DNA from: a virus
Direction: 5' to 3' (one strand)
Virus record (IMG/VR): IMGVR_UViG_3300020154_000115
Length of the DNA: 64,000 nucleotides
Positions 57,723 through 64,000 of the stretch are shown one piece after another. The position numbers and the translations under genes were made by a program. Each line of letters begins with the position of its first letter. The first letter of the stretch is position 1. The notes beneath the pieces were generated by a model. It was given only the letters and a program-made list of their open reading frames with translations, made no database searches and was not told the origin of the DNA.

Positions 57723-58023
57723 TATGAACCGGATCAGGGCTGCTCTTCCAAAAGGGGCCAGGGTAACGATTAAGAAAAAGATGTCCGGAGCTTTATACAT
57801 CGACTGCCAGGTGTTTCCATCAATCGAATCGGAGATGTTCGAATTATGCAAGCAATGGCAACGTGAAATTCTAAAGGACCTGATATATGAATTTTACACA
57901 GAGGAGACAGGAAGTCACTGGAAGGTATTTCTAAAACGCGGGCCTTTTGAGTTCCACAATGTTGAACCGTATGAGAGTCCCGCGGGAACTTTAATTAAAA
58001 ACGGAAAACTACAAATAGCATGA
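57703..58023 (+). CDS. Hypothetical phage protein
   Basis: Operon packing. Confidence 0.6.
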   Translation: MRMEIIDMNRIRAALPKGARVTIKKKMSGALYIDCQVFPSIESEMFELCKQWQREILKDLIYEFYTEETGSHWKVFLKRGPFEFHNVEPYESPAGTLIKNGKLQIA

Positions 58024-58229
58024 GAGATTTCACTGGCGCCATGGCGGTATTCATGCCCTTGCCGGGCTTTGAAAGGCACTTCAAAAATGACCGTCGTTTA
58101 TTCATCGTTGAATACTCAACTCCTGAGTATCGGGATGCGGCTATGGAAGTATTACGGCAAAACTTTCCGGATATCATTCTGACTCCGGAAACACCAACTC
58201 AGTTTCAAATTGACTTTAAAGGAGAATAA
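58020..58229 (+). CDS. Hypothetical phage protein
   Basis: ATGA coupling. Confidence 0.55.
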   Translation: MRDFTGAMAVFMPLPGFERHFKNDRRLFIVEYSTPEYRDAAMEVLRQNFPDIILTPETPTQFQIDFKGE

Positions 58230-58245
58230 CTATTGAATCAGTGCA

Positions 58246-58533
58246 ATGAAGCCACAACGATTTCATCCAGACCAAAAGGTTATTTGTGTTTCCAAGGGGA
58301 ATATCTGGTATGATATTGATTCTGGCGAGCCTTCCACCGGACCGATATACAATGAGATATATACAGTCCGTGGGTATGATGGATATGTCGTCGAGCTCAA
58401 CACCTGGTTTATCTTCTTGGAGGAATTTCCATTGAATGATGATAGTTGGCCTGAGAACCTTTTTGAACCTGTCGTAGAAGATCAAGTTTTATCAGAAGCA
58501 CTAAACGAAATTTTTGAACCCACACTCATATGA
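58246..58533 (+). CDS. Small SH3-like hypothetical protein
   Basis: FHPDQKVICV..IYTV..FLEEF..FEP. Confidence 0.6.
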   Translation: MKPQRFHPDQKVICVSKGNIWYDIDSGEPSTGPIYNEIYTVRGYDGYVVELNTWFIFLEEFPLNDDSWPENLFEPVVEDQVLSEALNEIFEPTLI

Positions 58534-58844
58534 ATTACAAATGCAAAGAAGCCCTTGAGGCAGTTGAAGCGATCAATCAAGCGCTTCACGAAAGCCAGGA
58601 AGGTGAAGACTGCCAGGCGGTACTACTAACCTTCTCAACGGATGGCGATGATGCCATTGTTAAGTTTTTAACTCAGACAATCTTCTTATCGTCGGAAGAC
58701 GAACGCGAGTTCGATGAGCAGAAAAACGAATGGGAACCAATGCAACAATATCTCTGGAAGCAAATGAATAGCATCCTGGTTGACATTGAAAAAATCTCAG
58801 CTATTACCCACGCAATGGCAACAGCAGGACCGTATGAACGATAA
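58530..58844 (+). CDS. Hypothetical phage protein
   Basis: ATGA coupling; acidic. Confidence 0.6.
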   Translation: MNYKCKEALEAVEAINQALHESQEGEDCQAVLLTFSTDGDDAIVKFLTQTIFLSSEDEREFDEQKNEWEPMQQYLWKQMNSILVDIEKISAITHAMATAGPYER

Positions 58845-59106
58845 GAAAAGACTTGCGACCATTGAGCGGTTTATTCATTCCGAGAAGTACCTGAAGGGAT
58901 TACCCTTCCGCGTTCTCATTTCTCCTGATCAGGTGACCGTGCAGTTTAAGGGCATCTCCAAAGAGCAGATGAAAAAACTCCGGAAGAATCTCAATGATGC
59001 TGCATGCGATCATATCAGGATTACCAACCTGGACAAACACCAGCAGAAAAAAGACAAGAAGAAGGATATCGGAACACTTCACAGGGAAAACGATGTCGAG
59101 AATTAA
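58834..59106 (+). CDS. Hypothetical phage protein
   Basis: Start MNDKK; operon packing. Confidence 0.55.
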   Translation: MNDKKRLATIERFIHSEKYLKGLPFRVLISPDQVTVQFKGISKEQMKKLRKNLNDAACDHIRITNLDKHQQKKDKKKDIGTLHRENDVEN

Positions 59107-59308
59107 TCACACATGGGGCCCGGAGGATGAATCCGGTATTGAGACGTGCGTTAAGTGCGGCCACCTGCGGAAAAAGAAAGCAAGCGCTCACTTTAACATG
59201 AGGCAGAAAGGTGCCAGCAAATGGACACTGCTGTATTCAAAAAAAGGAACAAAGTGGGTTGAGGAACATTCGGATTGTTCACATGAAAAATTACACGAAG
59301 GCACATGA
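59093..59308 (+). CDS. Small Zn-finger protein
   Basis: HTW..CVKCG. Confidence 0.5.
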   Translation: MSRINHTWGPEDESGIETCVKCGHLRKKKASAHFNMRQKGASKWTLLYSKKGTKWVEEHSDCSHEKLHEGT

Positions 59309-59532
59309 AGATTATTAAGATTTTAAGCCAGTCACGCAGAGATTTTGTCGCAATGATGCATTGTGAGTTCTGTGAACAGAAATGCATAAATAATGAAGGT
59401 TATGACGACCGTTACTACCACGACAATGTAATTCCGGATATGAAGTGTGAAAAATGCGGAAAGTCAACCAATTCAGAAGGAGGTAAGATTGACCACACGC
59501 CAACTAAATACCCCGAGGGAGAACAATTATGA
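59305..59532 (+). CDS. Zn-ribbon phage protein
   Basis: SQSRRDF..CEFC..GYDD.YYH.NVIP.MKCEKCG. Confidence 0.7.
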   Translation: MKIIKILSQSRRDFVAMMHCEFCEQKCINNEGYDDRYYHDNVIPDMKCEKCGKSTNSEGGKIDHTPTKYPEGEQL

Positions 59533-59711
59533 ATTTTCCATGCTGGCTAATCGGCCACAAACAAAAGGTAGTCAAATACTACAGCGACAACGTACAGAAA
59601 CTCCAATGTCAGAGATGCAAAAAGCACTTTGGAATTTGTCATGATGTCCGGGCGGTTCTTCCCTGGGACGATGAGTTAGAGCGCGCCATGAAAGTCGCTT
59701 ATCCCCATTGA
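59529..59711 (+). CDS. Small Zn-binding protein
   Basis: CWLIGHK..CQRCKK. Confidence 0.6.
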   Translation: MNFPCWLIGHKQKVVKYYSDNVQKLQCQRCKKHFGICHDVRAVLPWDDELERAMKVAYPH

Positions 59712-59985
59712 CACGACATGGTGCACCGAACAATTTTTTGAAGATCTGGGGTATTACAAAGTCAAGGACGACGGAACCTACGGTGAGTATAAAGCCAAAC
59801 CTTGGACCATTAACAGTCCGACTTATGGTATGACTCCAATGGATAAGCGCCAGATCAACTTCAATCGAGATGAAAAATACGGTGTGTTCATCTCCATTCG
59901 TGAAGATTGGAACACCCGCAACGTATTCGTTGGACTGGTTAACAATCCATTGCAATTCAAAGTCATTGCCAACTCAGTAACCTAA
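59692..59985 (+). pseudogene. 97-codon open frame without an upstream ATG (frameshifted or non-canonical start)
   Basis: Manual translation KSLIPIDTTWCTEQFFEDLGYYK...FKVIANSVT*; fills the only gap in the operon. Confidence 0.45.
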
Positions 59986-59992
59986 ACCACCT

Positions 59993-60640
59993 ATGAAATA
60001 TTTTATCGACACCGAATTCATCGAAGGTTTTCACAAACCTCTCTTTGGCAAACGCCGTCACTTCATTGACCTGATCAGCATTGGTATTGCAGCGGAGGAT
60101 GGTCGGGAGTATTACGCAATCAGTAATGAGTTTAATCCAAAGATCGCCAGTCAATGGGTTAAGGATAATGTCATATCAAAACTGCCCGCGCAAAAAGTTA
60201 GTTTTCATGACTCCCCACGGGCAAGAATGGAAAGCTTGCTTTGGAAGTCCAACAAACAGATCGCCGAAGACATTGTTCGTTTTTGTTTACCATGGACATA
60301 CGGCATAGGTAAAGAAAGGGAATTGCCTATGGCAGACGGATCAACAATGGTGCAACCATCCAAACCGGAGTTCTATGCCTATTATGCGGATTACGATTGG
60401 GTTGTATTCTGTTCGTTGTTCGGAACGATGATGGGTTTGCCTAAAGAGTTCCCGAAGTATTGCAGAGATTTAAAGCAAACACTGGATGAAAAGGCAGTCG
60501 GAAGAATGCCCCTTTCACTTGAGAGCAATATCGATTTTATTAAAAAGAAACCAGATTATCCCAAGCAATCAAACGAACATAATGCATTGGATGATGCAAA
60601 ATGGAATAGGTCCTTTTACAGATTCCTTCAGAAGCTTTAA
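59993..60640 (+). CDS. DEDD 3'-5' exoribonuclease-like protein
   Basis: YFIDTEF..LISIGIAAEDGREYYA..YADYDW..HNALDDA. Confidence 0.85.
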   Translation: MKYFIDTEFIEGFHKPLFGKRRHFIDLISIGIAAEDGREYYAISNEFNPKIASQWVKDNVISKLPAQKVSFHDSPRARMESLLWKSNKQIAEDIVRFCLPWTYGIGKERELPMADGSTMVQPSKPEFYAYYADYDWVVFCSLFGTMMGLPKEFPKYCRDLKQTLDEKAVGRMPLSLESNIDFIKKKPDYPKQSNEHNALDDAKWNRSFYRFLQKL

Positions 60641-60646
60641 TCCCTG

Positions 60647-60898
60647 TTGAGAAAGCGATCGGACAGTGAGGTTCAGAACTTATTCCGCGGAGATTACCTG
60701 TACTGCCAGGCCTGCGGACATTCGATCTGGCATAGCCATCCGACAGCTTTAACATTTAAAGTCCAGGATATCACCTGGGCATACCAGAGTCACATAAAGC
60801 GATGCTGGCCACTGAAACGATTGATTATAACAAAACGCCGTAACAATGAAAAAATACATACAAAACAATCCTCCACACCCGGGAGCAATACTAGATGA
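60647..60898 (+). CDS. Hypothetical protein (CxxC); boundaries uncertain
   Basis: YCQACGH; overlaps next gene by 53 nt. Confidence 0.4.
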   Translation: MRKRSDSEVQNLFRGDYLYCQACGHSIWHSHPTALTFKVQDITWAYQSHIKRCWPLKRLIITKRRNNEKIHTKQSSTPGSNTR

Positions 60899-61157
60899 GT
60901 GTTATTTGAAAGCACTAAATCTATCTGTGACCAACGCCGCGAAGGTGTTATTAATTAGCCGTCCCCGGTTGTCAACCATTATCAATGGTAAGGCTGGGAT
61001 TTCTGCTCTAATGGCTTTAAAGCTGGCCAAAGCTTTCAATACAACGCCACTATTTTGGCTAAACCTCCAAAACAGTTATGATCTGTGGAATATCAGGAAT
61101 GATAAGCGCGCCAAAGTGAAAAAGACCTTATGGAGAATCAAGACCAATTTGATTTAA
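60846..61157 (+). CDS. higA: HigA-family antitoxin (orphan)
   Basis: PPHPGAIL..LSVTNAAKVL.ISR..LS.IINGK..IS..MALKLAKAF.TTP.FWLNLQ..YDL. Confidence 0.9.
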   Translation: MKKYIQNNPPHPGAILDECYLKALNLSVTNAAKVLLISRPRLSTIINGKAGISALMALKLAKAFNTTPLFWLNLQNSYDLWNIRNDKRAKVKKTLWRIKTNLI

Positions 61158-61387
61158 AGGATGTGCCAAAGTTCATCATGGATTGTCCTGTGTTTTTTGA
61201 TTGGACAGTCTACAAGGGAGAAACGTACTTCGCGATGTTGAACTACGAAAGGTCCATTCAGGCAAAACGGCCAATGATAGACCTGGCACATTGCGCCACC
61301 CGGGGAATGAATAATATCGTGCTCAAGACAGTCGCGTATTCGAAGAAGCATTTCACAGAGTCAAAACTAGCCTGCACTAACAAATGA
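61130..61387 (+). CDS. Hypothetical phage protein
   Basis: Operon packing. Confidence 0.5.
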   Translation: MENQDQFDLKDVPKFIMDCPVFFDWTVYKGETYFAMLNYERSIQAKRPMIDLAHCATRGMNNIVLKTVAYSKKHFTESKLACTNK

Positions 61388-61617
61388 GAACCTGGAGAGA
61401 TTCAGCCCGGCCGATCATAGCCAAAGTATTGAAAGAAATGCATGGCCAGCCTGAAAAAGAAATCAAGAAGGCATTACGCAAAGCGTACCCCTTTGGGGCA
61501 AGGTCCATGCACCCCTATAAGATCTGGCTCGATGAAATAAAGGTGCAGACGGGAAAACGGAAATTCAATATGAGGGCAAAGGATATAGTGCCTGAGAACC
61601 AAGGACAATTATTTTAA
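61384..61617 (+). CDS. Conserved small phage protein
   Basis: ALRKAYPFG.R.MHPYKIWLDE. Confidence 0.7.
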   Translation: MRTWRDSARPIIAKVLKEMHGQPEKEIKKALRKAYPFGARSMHPYKIWLDEIKVQTGKRKFNMRAKDIVPENQGQLF

Positions 61618-61623
61618 CGAGCA

Positions 61624-61803
61624 ATGAAACGAATTCAACTGACTAAACATGCTTCCGCCCGCGTTGAGGACGATGTTTCAAAGGAGACGATCAAAGCCCT
61701 AACCAAGATGGCATCCCTCGCCTATAGGAAGATCGTGAAGGAAAAACCAGTCTTAACACCGGAGGAGGCTAGAAAACTTAAAACAAGGAAGAAACGGAAA
61801 TGA
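61624..61803 (+). CDS. Small basic protein (59 aa, below ORF-track cutoff)
   Basis: Manual translation MKRIQLTKHAS...RKKRK*; ATGA coupling with the YopX-family gene. Confidence 0.55.
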   Translation: MKRIQLTKHASARVEDDVSKETIKALTKMASLAYRKIVKEKPVLTPEEARKLKTRKKRK

Positions 61804-62321
61804 TCATAGCACAAAGAGAACTCAAATTCAGAATCTGGAACCCGTCTGGAAAAAACATGTTGCATGACATTGAGAATGTTTACGATTGCTTGAAGCAGCA
61901 ACATGCACATGATAAAACCCAGCCGCAACGTGGCTTTACCATTCCTTATGATCATAAGGCCGACGGAATGGTCTGGATGCAATTCACCGGTCAGACGGAC
62001 ATAACCGGAAAAGAAGTCTATGAAGGTGACATTGGAAGAGTAACGGAAGAAGAAGAATTCGGGGATCATAACATTTATCTGATCTGCGCCTGGATCAAAG
62101 AATGGTCAATGTTCGCCTGGGTTGAGCACAATGAATACTCCAATTACCTCAATAAAGGTGTATCAGCACTCGATGAATTTATGTTTTGGACCTACAACAT
62201 GGAAGACTCTGGAGTAACAATTTGCGGGAACATCTACCAGCATCCGGATTATATCCTCAAATGTCTCAAGGAAGAGGAGAAAACAATGACCGATACTTTG
62301 AAAGACGACGACACTGAATAG
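61800..62321 (+). CDS. YopX-family protein
   Basis: RELKFRIW..MQFTGQTDITGKEVYEGDI..ICGNIYQHP. Confidence 0.88.
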   Translation: MIIAQRELKFRIWNPSGKNMLHDIENVYDCLKQQHAHDKTQPQRGFTIPYDHKADGMVWMQFTGQTDITGKEVYEGDIGRVTEEEEFGDHNIYLICAWIKEWSMFAWVEHNEYSNYLNKGVSALDEFMFWTYNMEDSGVTICGNIYQHPDYILKCLKEEEKTMTDTLKDDDTE

Positions 62322-62326
62322 CCAGC

Positions 62327-62587
62327 ATGAAAAAGCGACATCTTCATTTCACGGAGAAAGAAAAGGATGCTGTCTTGAAGCGGTTCATGAAAGAGTTCTT
62401 CCATTTCCCAACGCTGTGCAAAGCCGGCTTTTTTACGAAAGAAATGAAGGGAGATTATAAAGCACAAGCAGAGAGAGTGTGCAAATTTTTCGGTTACAAG
62501 ACTGTTTATGAATATGGTTTAACCGCGAAGCACACCACAACAAATAATGGATTTAGCTGGAAAATGGAATCAATTTATGAGTCGTAA
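62327..62587 (+). CDS. Hypothetical phage protein
   Basis: Operon packing. Confidence 0.6.
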   Translation: MKKRHLHFTEKEKDAVLKRFMKEFFHFPTLCKAGFFTKEMKGDYKAQAERVCKFFGYKTVYEYGLTAKHTTTNNGFSWKMESIYES

Positions 62588-62810
62588 CGGAGTAGGAAGA
62601 CCAAAAAAGGACGGATCTGATTTAATCCCCATGGCTGAAAAGCCATGTTCCCATCATTATCCTGGCGGGAAGTTGCCTTATCTGCAATGGCATGACTTTG
62701 CCGACAGACAGAGACGGAAAGGAATAAAACAGAAGCAATGCCCGGTTTGTGGAAGATGGCTATTTCCCTCAGAAGTGGGCGGAATATTTTTTGGAATAAA
62801 AGTGGAATAA
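62577..62810 (+). CDS. Zn-finger phage protein
   Basis: YLQWHDFA..GIKQKQCPVCGRWLFP. Confidence 0.7.
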   Translation: MSRNGVGRPKKDGSDLIPMAEKPCSHHYPGGKLPYLQWHDFADRQRRKGIKQKQCPVCGRWLFPSEVGGIFFGIKVE

Positions 62811-63040
62811 AATTTAACAAAAAAGTGAACTCTATTATCGAAGCCCAACAAGATTTTTTTGAACATAACTGGATCCCACAGATCATGGCACCAGGGTTGA
62901 GGATGCATCGTATCCGTGACCTATCCGGACGCCCTCTCGTTGATATTGAGCAGCTCACCGATCGCGTATGGGAGAAAGAGAACACCAGACTTAGGCAAGA
63001 ACTTAAAACCCAGAGATGGGATAATCACCTCGCATCATGA
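62738..63040 (+). CDS. Hypothetical protein (start uncertain)
   Basis: ATGA coupling to the next gene. Confidence 0.45.
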   Translation: MPGLWKMAISLRSGRNIFWNKSGIKFNKKVNSIIEAQQDFFEHNWIPQIMAPGLRMHRIRDLSGRPLVDIEQLTDRVWEKENTRLRQELKTQRWDNHLAS

Positions 63041-63267
63041 AACTCAACGTAATTATTGAAAAGAACGACACTGAGCTTTACGGCCGCATCGAAGGCATCG
63101 GCAACTTTATGCCTGTAGTAATCGGAGAAACACCCGAAGACGTCCAGGAGAAACTCCTCGCGTTGATCAGGGACTACCGGGAGCACGAAGGCAAGGAAGA
63201 CACCGCCTGGTTAAGCATCGATTTAAAAACCGTGGAGTTTGAAATTCACGATGAACCGGAATCCTGA
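63037..63267 (+). CDS. HicB-like antitoxin domain protein (orphan)
   Basis: LNVIIEK..YGRIEG..VVIGETPEDV.EKL..LIRDY. Confidence 0.65.
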   Translation: MKLNVIIEKNDTELYGRIEGIGNFMPVVIGETPEDVQEKLLALIRDYREHEGKEDTAWLSIDLKTVEFEIHDEPES

Positions 63268-64000
63268 TGGAAGAAAACAAAACACCGGTTGGCCAAATAG
63301 GCGAAGGATATCGCGTTCCAACCATCGATGAGTTTGTCCAGGACTTTGAGTTTGAAATAGCCAGAGAAATGGGCATGTACATACCAACGGGCGAAGGCAA
63401 ACTAAAACGAGTCGGCGTATCTCATTGGCATTGGGCCCCCATGAAGGTTACATGGAAATGCGATCCGGATGAGCTTTATAGTGAGAAGGATGGAGAGTAT
63501 ACAGTCCATTCACGGGGATCATTCAGGAATTTTTTCAAGCCAATCAATGAAGAAGCCTTCATAAAATCTGGCATGGTCCGCGTTAAAACAAATTCAAAAA
63601 CGATCTCCGCCTGGGAGTACCTAAAGCTGCAAGGCCTTCCAACTGACATGGTTGATCGGAGTGAACAGATGGCTAAAGAAATCAGCGAGATTATGAGAAC
63701 GCAAACACCGCAAAGCAACACTGATCAATACAACCAAGCAAGAAAGGACTACCTGGAAGGGAAGGTTGACAGACCTAATTACCCTCTGGCGCACATAAGA
63801 CATGGAGACGACTTCATTACAGCATTGGGATACGCCCTTAAAGCCCTTGATCCGCAGCCAACGCTTGAGGTAGAGAAGCCTTTTAAGTTGTTCAGTGAGG
63901 ATTTGTTACAGGAATTTCTTGATTACAACCCCTCGCCTCCACCCCACCGTGGTCCCGGAGCTGACTGGAATGCCGTATGCGAGTATGAGCGGAAACGACT
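63267..64000 (+). CDS. Hypothetical phage protein, truncated by window end
   Basis: Manual translation MEENKTPVGQIGEGYRVPTIDEFVQDFEFE...; open to position 64000. Confidence 0.65.
   Translation, partial: MEENKTPVGQIGEGYRVPTIDEFVQDFEFEIAREMGMYIPTGEGKLKRVGVSHWHWAPMKVTWKCDPDELYSEKDGEYTVHSRGSFRNFFKPINEEAFIKSGMVRVKTNSKTISAWEYLKLQGLPTDMVDRSEQMAKEISEIMRTQTPQSNTDQYNQARKDYLEGKVDRPNYPLAHIRHGDDFITALGYALKALDPQPTLEVEKPFKLFSEDLLQEFLDYNPSPPPHRGPGADWNAVCEYERKR

Larger units (their letters stand above)
1443..64000. mobile_element. Temperate prophage (podovirus-type, crAss-like virion module) integrated at a tRNA; right end outside window
   Basis: Starts at the tRNA fragment; contains repressor, DnaB, lysis, tail, capsid, portal and terminase genes plus typical small phage ORFs. 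Confidence 0.92.

Noticed and set aside
60647-60898. HigB toxin upstream of higA
   Set aside because: The sequence has a CxxC motif and none of the RelE/HigB pattern.

Overview
The first ~1.4 kb is host chromosome, most likely Bacteroidota/Cytophagales: a partial site-2 protease gene, a HAD phosphatase gene, a terminator and the 3' half of a CAU-anticodon tRNA that looks like an att remnant. From ~1443 to the end of the window (and beyond) lies a largely intact temperate prophage. It has an immunity switch, initiator plus DnaB replication genes, a four-gene lysis cassette, a ~42 kb leftward podovirus virion module and a rightward cluster of small accessory genes. The order and sizes of the virion genes resemble crAss-like Bacteroidota phages (three ejection proteins, a 1070-aa tail stabilization protein, ring proteins, tail appendages, capsid, scaffold, 808-aa portal, 751-aa terminase, GroES-like genes). 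No integrase, RNA polymerase or DNA polymerase gene is visible in the window. Best leads: (i) a crAss-like virion on a lambdoid temperate chassis; (ii) an 18-bp palindromic motif TGTMGAA-N4-TTCKACA shared by the immunity region and all structural-operon promoter regions; (iii) a tandem Acb2/Tad1-like hairpin protein and two orphan antitoxins as candidate counter-defence genes; (iv) an L,D-transpeptidase-like endolysin next to a TM-GAF holin-like protein; (v) three virion-linked esterases. All family assignments are from motif recognition by eye, not database searches.
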